In this document: positions 42,414-51,468 of the stretch, in pieces
Layout: every line of letters starts with the position of its first letter
How positions within the stretch are numbered: position 1 is the first letter of the stretch
Assembly (NCBI GenBank): GCA_963737655.1
Contig: CAVTTN010000002.1
Span: 5,376,001-5,440,000, forward strand
Reading direction: 5' to 3'
From: an uncultured Planctomycetota bacterium
GTDB lineage: Bacteria > Planctomycetota > Planctomycetia > Isosphaerales > Isosphaeraceae
Length of the DNA stretch: 64,000 nt
Notes under the pieces: generated by a model
Told to the model about the DNA's origin: nothing
Database searches by the model: none
The model's input: only the letters and a program-made list of their open reading frames with translations
Program-made: the position numbers and the translations under genes

Positions 42414-43867
42414 ATGGCGGATCGCATCGTCTCCCCGACCGGCCTGGGTTTCCTCGACCGCCGGGCGTTCCTGTCGCACCTGGGGACCGGGATCGGGGGG
42501 ATCGCGCTGGCGTCGATCCTCCCGGGAGGACGCTCGAAGGCCGAGGACGTCGCGAACCCGCTCGCCCCGAAGCCTCCGCACTTTCCGCCCCGGGCGAAGC
42601 GAGTCATCCACATTTTTTGCACCGGGGCCGTCAGTCATCTCGACACGTGGGACTACAAGCCGGAGCTCATCAAACGGCACGGCCAGCCGATGCCGGGCGT
42701 GGAGAAGCTCGTCACGTTCCAGGGGGAGAACGGCAACCTGGCCCGGAGCCCCTGGGAATTCCGCCCCCGGGGGGAATCGGGCAAGATGGTCTCGGACCTG
42801 CTGCCGAACCTCGCCGAATTGGCCGATGAGATGTGCTTCGTCCACTCGCTGACCTCGAAGACGAACACGCACGGGCCGGGCGAGATGTTCATGAGCACGG
42901 GGTTCACGGCCGAGGGGTTCCCCAGCCTCGGCGCGTGGGTCTCGTATGCGCTGGGGACCGAGGATCAGGACTTGCCGGCGTTCGTCGCCATCCCCGACCC
43001 GAGGGGCGGCCCCCAGCAAGGCCCGGCGAACTGGGCGAACGGCTTCTTGCCGGCCGTCACGCAGGGCACGGCGTTCAACGCCGATCGGCCGATCCCCCAC
43101 CTCGACCGCCCCCCCGAGATCTCGCCCGGAGACGATCGCGCGGCCCGCGACTTCCTCAAACTCCTCAATGAGGAGCATCTCAGGAGGAACCCGGGCGACT
43201 CCGAGTTCTCCGCGAGGATCGCCGCGTACGAGCTCGCGGCGAGGATGCAGTTGAGCGCCCGGAGGTCAGCGACCTGACGGGCGAGTCCCCGGCCACCCGG
43301 CGGCTCTATGGCCTGGATTCCCCGAACCCGATCCAGGCCGGGTTCGCGAGGAATTGCCTGCTGGCCCGGAGGCTGGTCGAGCGGGGCGTCCGCTTCGTCA
43401 CGCTGTTCAACGGGGCCTTCGCGATGGGCGAGGGGGCGCTGAACTGGGACGGGCACCGGCGGATCAAGTCCGATTATGATCGACATGGCCCGATCCTCGA
43501 CGGGCCCGCCGCCGGCTTGCTCAAGGATCTGAAGGCGCGAGGGCTTCTGGATGACACGTTGGTGATCTGGACCACCGAGTTCGGCCGGATGCCGACGTTC
43601 CAGAAGGGGACCGAGGGCCGCGACCACAACCCCAGCGGGTTCACCGCCTGGCTCGCCGGGGCCGGCGTGAAGCGGGCGTCCAGCTTCGGCGCGACCGACG
43701 AATTCGGCCACCAGGCGGTCGATCGGGTCGTGGACGTCCACGACTTCCACGCCACGGTGCTGCACCTCCTGGGCCTGGATCACGAGAAGCTCACCTACTA
43801 CAACAACGGGGCGCAGCGACGTTTGACGGATGTTCACGGCCATGTGATCGAGGGGATTCTTGCGTAG
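42414..43867 (+). CDS. DUF1501 domain protein (frameshift at ~43258, probably a sequencing error)
   Basis: Tat-like [38 protein letters not shown]; missing C in CCC 43258-43260. Confidence 0.88.
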
Positions 43868-44008
43868 GGTGCACGCGATGCACCCAAGGTGCGGCGGGCA
43901 ATCCCGCCGAGCTTCCCCTCCTCCTGATCCGTTTCGTGAGCCTGCGGTGGGCGGCCGCGATGTCGGCGGCCACACCCGCCCTACATTGGTGCATGTCATG
44001 CACCCTAC
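43864..44008. repeat. Composite GTAG-REP element
   Basis: GTAGGGTGCACGCGATGCACC on the left; ...CCCGCCCTAC and GGTGCATGTCATGCACCCTAC on the right. Confidence 0.82.
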
Positions 44009-44019
44009 GAGGCGATGTC

Positions 44020-46149
44020 ATGTCTGCTCTTCGATCCATGTCCGGATGCCTGCTCTTGCTGGCGTCGGCCTCGGCCCGGGCCGACGTGGCGGTGGACCTC
44101 TCGGGCTTTCGCGAGGATTCGGGCGTGACGGCCCGTCGCGAGGGGGAGAGGCTGATCATCGCCTGGCCGATGGGGGATGAGGACGGGCGGATCGTCCTGG
44201 ACCTTCGCCCCGGGCGGCCGTTGATCGCCTCTCTGGGCCGGTCTTCTCGCGATTCTCGTCGAGATTCCCCGATCTTGAAGGACGTCGATCCGGTCACCTA
44301 TGTGACGGTCGGTTCCCGGGTGAACCCGCCCGATCGGCCGCCTTCGATGAGCGTCTTCAACGTCTTCTTCGACTCTCCGGCGAAGCGTCCCCGGCAGCAA
44401 TTCCGGGCGAAGCTCGAGCCGACTCGCGCCCGCGTGACGTCTCGTCCGGGTCGCGCCTCGGTCTCGATCGACGGCGTGACCGCCGGGCCGTTCTCGGGAC
44501 GGTGGGAATTGACCGTATTCGCCGGATCGCGGCTGATCCGGATGGAAACCGTCGTCTCGACCGAGGAAAAGGATCGCGCATTCTTCTATGACGCCGGCCT
44601 GATCGCGTCGGACGCCCCGAAGGCGTTCGCCTGGTTCGACGCCGAGGGCCGATTCCAGCGGAGGTCACACCCCCCGGATTCGCCGATCGCGGTCCGCCAT
44701 CGGGCGGTCGTCGCCGAGACGGAGGGCGGGTCGATCGCGTGCTTCCCGCCGCCTCATCAATTCTTCTATCCTCGCGATTATACCGACAATCAGCAGACCG
44801 TCTGGATCGGCAAGAACCCGAGGGACCTCGACGATTCCCGGGGGTTTGGGGTCCGCCAGACCGAGTCCGGCGGCGGCAGCTATTCGCCGTGGTTCAACGC
44901 CCCGCCGGGCACCGAGCAGCGACTCGGCGTGTTCTACCTGATCGACCGGGGGCCGGCCGAGACAACCCTGGAAAACGTGTTGAAATTCACCCACGGCGAT
45001 CGGTTCCCCGACCTCCCGGGCCGGAAGACGTTCACCAGCCACTGGCACATGGCCGTGACCGTCGCCGCGATGGACGAGGAGGCGAAGGGGAAGGACCGAT
45101 CGCCTCGCGATTTCGTGAAGATGTTCGAGGCCATGAACGTCAACGCCGTCCACCTCGCCGAGTTCCACGGCGACGGCCACCCGCAGGACCCCGGCCCCTT
45201 GCGCCTGCCCGAGATGGCCGCGATGTTCGCCGAGTGCCGCCGGCTCTCGGACGATCACACGCTGTTCCTCCCCGGCGAGGAGGCCAACGCGAACCTGACC
45301 ACCGGCCGGCCCGGCCAGCACACCGGCCACTGGCTGTACCTCTTCCCCCGGCCCGTCTCGTGGACGATGGCCCGCAAGCCCGGCCAGCCGTTCGAGGAGA
45401 TCGACCCGACGTTCGGCAAGGTCTATCACGTCGGCTCGCGCGACGACGTGTTCCGACTCCTGGAAACCGAGCACGGCCTCGCCTGGACGGCCCATGCCCG
45501 GATCAAGGCGTCGAACTGGACGCCCGACGCCTACAAGGATGAAGAATTCTTCCGATCCCCGGTCTGGCTGGGCGCCGCATGGAAGGCCATGCCGGCCGAC
45601 CTCTCGCTCGGCCGCCTGGGAGAGCGGGCGCTGGACCTCCTGGACGACATGGCCAACTGGGGCGCGAAGAAATACGTCCTCGGCGAGGTGGACGTGTTCA
45701 AGATCGATCATTCGCACGAGCTTTACGGCCACATGAACGTCAATTATCTGAAGCTCGATCGCATGCCGAAATTCGACGAGGACTGGTCGCCGGTACTCGA
45801 CGCCCTCCGTCGCGGCAAGTTCTTCGTGACGACCGGCGAGGTCCTGTTGACCGAGTTCACCGTCGGCGGCAAGGAGAGCGGCGAGACCCTCGAACGCTCG
45901 GAAAGTCGCGAACTCCGAGTCTCGCTCGAATGGACCTTCCCGATGAGCTTCGCGGAGGTCGTCTCGGGAGACGGGTCGAAGGTCTACCGAGAACGGATCG
46001 ACCTCTCGGACACGCCCGCGTTCGGCAAGAAGACGTGGACGCTCCGCCCCGACCTTGCGAAACGCAACTGGGTCAGGATCGAGGCGTGGGACGTGGCGGC
46101 CAACGGGGCATTCTCCGAGCCGGTGTGGCTGAAGTCGGGGGGGCGGTAG
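44020..46149 (+). CDS. Secreted hypothetical protein with probable PHP-like metallohydrolase C-terminal domain
   Basis: Signal peptide; HWH, EFHGDGH, PGEEAN, GHW, AHARIK and EVD motifs; functional call tentative. Confidence 0.6.
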   Translation: MSALRSMSGCLLLLASASARADVAVDLSGFREDSGVTARREGERLIIAWPMGDEDGRIVLDLRPGRPLIASLGRSSRDSRRDSPILKDVDPVTYVTVGSRVNPPDRPPSMSVFNVFFDSPAKRPRQQFRAKLEPTRARVTSRPGRASVSIDGVTAGPFSGRWELTVFAGSRLIRMETVVSTEEKDRAFFYDAGLIASDAPKAFAWFDAEGRFQRRSHPPDSPIAVRHRAVVAETEGGSIACFPPPHQFFYPRDYTDNQQTVWIGKNPRDLDDSRGFGVRQTESGGGSYSPWFNAPPGTEQRLGVFYLIDRGPAETTLENVLKFTHGDRFPDLPGRKTFTSHWHMAVTVAAMDEEAKGKDRSPRDFVKMFEAMNVNAVHLAEFHGDGHPQDPGPLRLPEMAAMFAECRRLSDDHTLFLPGEEANANLTTGRPGQHTGHWLYLFPRPVSWTMARKPGQPFEEIDPTFGKVYHVGSRDDVFRLLETEHGLAWTAHARIKASNWTPDAYKDEEFFRSPVWLGAAWKAMPADLSLGRLGERALDLLDDMANWGAKKYVLGEVDVFKIDHSHELYGHMNVNYLKLDRMPKFDEDWSPVLDALRRGKFFVTTGEVLLTEFTVGGKESGETLERSESRELRVSLEWTFPMSFAEVVSGDGSKVYRERIDLSDTPAFGKKTWTLRPDLAKRNWVRIEAWDVAANGAFSEPVWLKSGGR

Positions 46150-46303
46150 CGACGAGGCAACTCGACCCGGGGACTGGTCGGTCCGGCGCCTTCCGACTAT
46201 GCTGGAGGGGCGGGAGGGGGAATTCCTCGGCCGAGGGCGGCGTCGGCTTCGGCGGGCTGGGATCGCCGTCCGTCCGCTGTCGCTTACCGATGCCCGAGGG
46301 CCG

Positions 46304-46933
46304 ATGACGACCCCCGACCCGCCCGCCGATCCCTGGGAAGCCCGCGTCCGCGAAGGGGACCGCTCCGCGATGGCGGCGCTGTTCGCCGAGCATTCGGTGA
46401 GGCTCCGTCGCTGGGTGGAGGTGCGGCTCGACCCGAGGCTCCGAGGCCGGTTGTCGCCCTCGGACGTGTTGCAGGAAGTCTTCATCGCCGCCCAGCAGAG
46501 GATGGAGCACTTTCGCGGCCTGCCCGAGATGCCGTTCCGCGTCTGGATTCGCCTCCTGGCCGACCAGAGGCTGGCGGAGGTCCACCGCCGCCACCTGGGG
46601 GCCCAGGCTCGCGATGCCGGCCTCGAAGTGACGGCCCGATCCGGCGGGTCGTCGAGCCAGGGACTCGCCGCCCGCCTCGCCGCCGATTTGACCTCGCCCA
46701 GCGGAGCCGCCGTGAGGCGGGAGACCGTCGAGATCCTCGTCAAGACCGTCGAGGCGATGGAGCCGATCGACCGCGAAGTCTTGACTCTCCGCCACTTCGA
46801 GGAGATGACCAACGACGAGGTCGCGCAGGTCCTGAATTTGCCCAAGGGCACGGCCAGCAAGCGGTACATTCGCGCCCTGACCCGGCTCCGCGAGGCGCTG
46901 GAAGGCGTGCCCGGGCTGTTCGATCCGTCCTGA
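46304..46933 (+). CDS. ECF sigma-70 factor, planctomycete kinase-associated type
   Basis: RLDPRLRGRLSPSDVLQE, HRRHLGAQARDA, DLTSPS, DREVLTLRHFEEMTNDEVA. Confidence 0.9.
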   Translation: MTTPDPPADPWEARVREGDRSAMAALFAEHSVRLRRWVEVRLDPRLRGRLSPSDVLQEVFIAAQQRMEHFRGLPEMPFRVWIRLLADQRLAEVHRRHLGAQARDAGLEVTARSGGSSSQGLAARLAADLTSPSGAAVRRETVEILVKTVEAMEPIDREVLTLRHFEEMTNDEVAQVLNLPKGTASKRYIRALTRLREALEGVPGLFDPS

Positions 46934-46970
46934 TCCGGTTTTTCCCGATCCGATCGCGAGGTCTGGCGCC

Positions 46971-48305
46971 ATGATCGCCGTCTCGAACGACTTCGAGGAA
47001 AGCGACGAGCGAGAGCCGATCGACCTGCTCGCCGAGGAGTTCGCCGACCGCTGGCGACGCGGCGAGAGGCCGGACGTCGAGGATTATGCCGCGAAGCACC
47101 CCGACCTCGCCGAATCGATCCGCAAGCTGTTCCCGGCGATCGCGTTCCTCGAAGGAGGGAAGCTGGCGAGGGCCCTTTCGGGACGGTCGTCGTCGTCTCG
47201 CCCTCGCACCTTGCCGGATTCGCCGCCGGTTGAGCGCCTGGGAGAGAACCGGATCGTCCGGGAGATCGGGCGGGGAGGGATGGGGGTCGTCTACGAGGCC
47301 GAGCAGGAGCCGTTGGGACGGCGGGTCGCGGTGAAAGTCCTGCTCGGTCACGCCTCGGCCGACCCCAAGGGCCGGGAGCGGTTCATCCGCGAGGCCCACG
47401 CCCTGGCGAAGCTCCGCCACCCGAACATCGTGGCGATCCATTCCGTCGGCGAGCAGGACGGGCGGCCCTATTACGTGATGCCCCTGATCGACGGGACGAG
47501 CCTCGATCGCGTGATCGCCGACGATCGCGGCTCCGACTCGACCGACCACGTCCGATGGGTCGCGAGCATCGGGGCCCAGGCGGCCGAGGCGCTCGCCTAT
47601 GCCCACAAGCAGGGCGTCTTGCATCGCGACGTGAAACCGGCGAACCTCCTGATCGACGACTCGGGGACCGTCTGCCTCGCGGACTTCGGCCTGGCCCGCC
47701 TGGCCGATGACCTCTCGCTGACGGCCACCGGCGAGATGCCGGGGACGCTTCGCTACCTCGCCCCGGAATGCCTCGACGGCGACGGCGACGAGAGGGCCGA
47801 CGTCTACGGCCTGGGCCTGACCCTGTATGAATTGCTCGCCGGCCGACCCGCGTTCGCCGGGACGAATCGGGCGAGGCTGATCCGCGAGATCGCCGAGAAG
47901 ACGCCCGAGCCGCTTCGGTCTCTCGTGCCGACGATCCCGAGAGACCTGGAGACGATCGTGCTCAAGGCGATCGCCCGGGGCGCCTCGGCCCGATACGCGA
48001 CAGCCCAGGACATGGCCGACGACCTCCGCCGGTTCCTCCGAGGCGAGCCGATCCAGGCGAGGCGGGCCTCGCCGATCGACCGGACGGCGGAGGCCGTCCG
48101 ACGATCCCCGGCGACGGCCGCCCTGGCCGTCGCGACGGCGATCCTCGCCGTGATCGCGGCGTACTTCGTGGGCCTGTACCTAATGGCCCCGCCCCGCCCC
48201 GAGGACGGCCCGCCGCTCCGCCGGCCGCTCCCCCCGCCCCACCGGCCCGAGTTCGGCCCCCCGCCTCCGTTCCCCCCCCAAGGGCCGGGACCGCCGAGGT
48301 CGTGA
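46971..48305 (+). CDS. Membrane Ser/Thr protein kinase with short Pro-rich C-terminal tail
   Basis: [31 protein letters not shown]; one TM helix. Confidence 0.92.
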   Translation: MIAVSNDFEESDEREPIDLLAEEFADRWRRGERPDVEDYAAKHPDLAESIRKLFPAIAFLEGGKLARALSGRSSSSRPRTLPDSPPVERLGENRIVREIGRGGMGVVYEAEQEPLGRRVAVKVLLGHASADPKGRERFIREAHALAKLRHPNIVAIHSVGEQDGRPYYVMPLIDGTSLDRVIADDRGSDSTDHVRWVASIGAQAAEALAYAHKQGVLHRDVKPANLLIDDSGTVCLADFGLARLADDLSLTATGEMPGTLRYLAPECLDGDGDERADVYGLGLTLYELLAGRPAFAGTNRARLIREIAEKTPEPLRSLVPTIPRDLETIVLKAIARGASARYATAQDMADDLRRFLRGEPIQARRASPIDRTAEAVRRSPATAALAVATAILAVIAAYFVGLYLMAPPRPEDGPPLRRPLPPPHRPEFGPPPPFPPQGPGPPRS

Positions 48306-48445
48306 GCAGGACGAAGACGAAAACGTGGCCGCGGGGCCACGATCCGGGAAAATGCATGAGGGGGTTGTCCACGGGAGCGGGGGCTTCGCGTTTCCAGAGG
48401 TCAGACGAGAGGATTCCGTCCGCTCTCCTGGCCTCGGAGGATCGC

Positions 48446-49437
48446 ATGTTCCCGCTTCCCATCCCCCGGGCGACCCGCCGACGCGTCGCCTTGCTCTCCC
48501 TGGGCCTCGGCCTGGCCGGCGCCGGGGCGGCGACGCTCTGGGCGGCTCCCCAGGATGACGCGCCGGCCCGCCCTCCGGCCAGACGCCCCGGCGGGCCTCC
48601 GCCCCCTCCGGTGATGAAGGTCCTGGACAGGGACGGCGACGGCACCCTCTCGGCCGACGAGATCAAGGCCGCGTCCCGGGCGTTGCTGACGCTCGACAAG
48701 GACAAGGACGGCAAGCTCAGCCGGGCCGAGCTCCGGCCATCCCCCTCCGAGGCCCCTCCGAGGCCCGACGGCCCGCCTCCTCCGCCTCCGCCGGACGGCG
48801 AGGACGACCGCCCCGCGCCTCCGCCTCCGCCAGAAGGCCCTCCTCGCTTCGAGGACGGGGCGGGCGACCCGGCGGATGACCCGGCGATCGACGAAATGGC
48901 CGAGGAGCTCGGCTTCGCCCAGGACGGGCCCCAGGGGCCTCCGCCGAGGCGTCGCCGATCCACGGCCCCGCCCCCGCCCCCGCCCGCGGAGGATGAGGGG
49001 GAGGACGACGCCCCGCCGCCTCGGGCCCGCCGGGGCGAAGGCCCGCCCCCGGGAGGCCCCGACGGCCCCCCTCCGGCCCGAGGCTCGCGGCGCCCCGCCG
49101 GGCCCGGACCCGACGCCCAGGACGAGGGCCCGCCTCCGCCGGGTGGTCCGGGCGGACCCGGGCGAGGCGGCCCGGGAGGAGGCCCGCCGCCCCCTCCGGT
49201 GATGAAGGTCCTGGACAAGGACGGCGATGGGGCCCTCTCCGCCGACGAGATCAAGGCCGCGTCCCGGGCGCTGCTGACGCTCGACAAGGACAAGGACGGC
49301 AAGCTCAGCCGGGCCGAGCTCCGCCCCCGGCGCCCGGGCCCCGGAGGACCGCCTCCTCCGGGGGGGAAGCCGACGGCCCTCCGCCTCGCCAGGGCCCTGG
49401 CCCCGGAGGCCCGCCGGGTCGTCGGCCGGGTCGCTGA
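48446..49437 (+). CDS. Exported Pro/Gly-rich protein with two EF-hand pairs (probable frameshift in G run 49360-49366)
   Basis: GGAGG SD; signal peptide; DRDGDGTLSADE, DKDKDGKLSRAE, DKDGDGALSADE; adding one G gives ...EADGPPPRQGPGPGGPPGRRPGR-stop at 49437, just before a REP. Confidence 0.75.
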
Positions 49438-49466
49438 GGTCCGGCGAACGGCCGGAGCCTCATCCT

Positions 49467-49555
49467 GGGGCATGCCCATGTCTTCGTGGGCATCTCCTCA
49501 CCGAAATTTTATGCACCTAGAACATGCCCACGTCTTCGTGGGCATGCCGCCCGGG
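49467..49555. repeat. REP doublet (GTGG family), degenerate
   Basis: GGCATGCCCATGTCTTCGTGGGCAT and CATGCCCACGTCTTCGTGGGCATGCC. Confidence 0.8.
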
Positions 49556-49743
49556 ATCGCGCCCTTCCCGCGACCGGCCCAGCTCACTTCGTCGGTCGGC
49601 TTTCCCGACCTGGCTTCGAAGGATTCTCTTCAAGGCCCCGGGCCCCGGGGTCGCCGTCCGCCGTGCGGACTTCGCCGGCGGTCGTTCGGGTCCGTCCCGG
49701 CCCTCCGTGAGAGGGCCGATGTCCCTCTTGGGAGAACGTCCCC

Positions 49744-51027
49744 ATGCGTCCGACTCGTCTCGCTCGCAGTCTCGGCGCCGCGGCCCTCGTCCTGACGATG
49801 GCCGCCTTGATGGGCCAGGGCCCTCCGGGGGGCGGCCGTCCCGGCCCTCCTCCTCCGCCTCAGGGCCCGCCGCCTCCGCCCTCGGCCCCGCCTCCTCCTC
49901 CGCCCGCTCCGGCCCCTCCCTTGCCGCCGGCGCTGGGCGACCCCTTGCCGGGTCTGAGCAACTCGCTGATGACCCGGTTCTCGGCGGGCAAGGCGCAATT
50001 CCTCGAGGTCGAGGATGTGCCCGGCGGCCTCGGCCCGGTCTTCACCGAGTCTTCGTGCGTCCAGTGCCACTCCGCGGGGGCCGTGGGCGGGGCCGGAGTC
50101 CGGCTCGTGACCCGGTTCGCCCGGATCACCAATGGCCAGTTCGACCCGATGGTCGAGTTCGGCGGCCCCCAGCTTCAGGACCGGGGGATCGGCAAGTTCA
50201 ACGGCGTGAACTTCGTGGGTGAGGTCGTCCCCAAGACGGCGACCATCGTCGCCCAGAGGCGGACGATCCCCCTCTTCGGGCTCGGCCTGGTCGATGCCGT
50301 CCCCGATAACGCCCTGCTCGCCGTGGCCCAGCGGGAGATGGCCAACAACCCGAGTACCGCCGGCCGGGCGAACTTCGGGACCGACCCGCTGACCGGCGCC
50401 CGCCGAGTCAACCGCTTCGGCTGGAAGGCCCAGCAGCCGACCGTCTTCGCCTTCGCCGGGGACGCCTATTTGAACGAACTCGGCGTGACCGCCCCGCGGA
50501 CGCCGGACGAGAATTGCCCGCAAGGCCAGTGCAACCTCCTGGCGGCGAACCCGGCGGCGAGCAACCCGAACGACGGGGACGAGACCTCGGTCTCGGCCCT
50601 GGCCGATTTCATCACGTACCTCGCCCCTCCGTCGCGAGGCCCCGTCTTCGGCGACGTGGCCGCCGGCCAGGCCCTGTTCGCCCAGGTCGGCTGCACCGAT
50701 TGCCACCACCCGAGCTACCAGACCGGGCCGAGCACCACCCCGGCCCTCAACGGGATGGTCTTCTCCCCCTACTCCGACTTCCTCCTCCACGACATGGGGC
50801 CGCTGGGAGACGGCATGGTCCAGTCCGGGGCCGGCGCGACCGAGATCCGGACGGCCCCGCTCTGGGGTCTGCGGTTCGAGCCCTCGTACCTCCACGACGG
50901 CCGGGCCCCGACGGTCTCCGCCGCCATCCTCGCCCACGACGGCCAGGCCAGGGCGTCGCGAAACCGGTTCGCGGCCCTGAACAAGACCCAGCAAGCCCAG
51001 CTCCTGGCCTTCCTCAACTCGCTCTGA
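49744..51027 (+). CDS. Di-heme oxidoreductase (DHOR/DUF1111) family protein
   Basis: Signal peptide; GLGPVF..SCVQCH; RFGWKA; CTDCH; YSDFLLHDMG; RTAPLWG; YLHDGRA. Confidence 0.88.
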   Translation: MRPTRLARSLGAAALVLTMAALMGQGPPGGGRPGPPPPPQGPPPPPSAPPPPPPAPAPPLPPALGDPLPGLSNSLMTRFSAGKAQFLEVEDVPGGLGPVFTESSCVQCHSAGAVGGAGVRLVTRFARITNGQFDPMVEFGGPQLQDRGIGKFNGVNFVGEVVPKTATIVAQRRTIPLFGLGLVDAVPDNALLAVAQREMANNPSTAGRANFGTDPLTGARRVNRFGWKAQQPTVFAFAGDAYLNELGVTAPRTPDENCPQGQCNLLAANPAASNPNDGDETSVSALADFITYLAPPSRGPVFGDVAAGQALFAQVGCTDCHHPSYQTGPSTTPALNGMVFSPYSDFLLHDMGPLGDGMVQSGAGATEIRTAPLWGLRFEPSYLHDGRAPTVSAAILAHDGQARASRNRFAALNKTQQAQLLAFLNSL

Positions 51028-51083
51028 CACGGACGGATGCCCCGTCTCGAGGCGAAGTCACGAGGGCCGGGGCGTCGCTTCTT

Positions 51084-51117
51084 CTCAGCACTCAGCACTC
51101 AGCACTCCGAGGCACTC
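51084..51117 (+). repeat. Short heptamer tandem repeat (CTCAGCA)3
   Basis: TCTCAGCACTCAGCACTCAGCACTC downstream of the DHOR gene. Confidence 0.6.
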
Positions 51118-51468
51118 GGCACGGGACGAGACAAGGACGTCTCTCCTCGCCGACGGCTTGAGCCGCCTCCGGGGGGGTTCGGTTGTCGTCGGCCTCGGGT
51201 CCGTCCGGGAGGCCGATCGGAGGCGGCGGAGGCGGCTGCGGAACGGGGGCTCGGGGACGATTCTCGGATCGATGCGGTTGGCGTCCAACGGCGGATAGCT
51301 CCTGGGACTCGGGAAGGGCGTCGCATCGTCCTCTTCCGGCGAGGTCCGGTTCGACGCCCCAGGCCTGCACGAGCTACCATCGCGAGCGGAGGCCCTCGGC
51401 GATCGCCCGATCGGCGGAGAGGCCGCGAACCGACACGCGAACCGGCCCGAGCGGGCCTGTCGATGGTC

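Noticed and set aside
49438..49795. C-terminal extension of the EF-hand ORF to 49795
   Set aside because: Runs through a REP element and overlaps the DHOR start; better explained by a missing G at 49360-49366
51030..51465. Small ORFs between the DHOR gene and the kinase
   Set aside because: No SD, motifs or convincing codon bias
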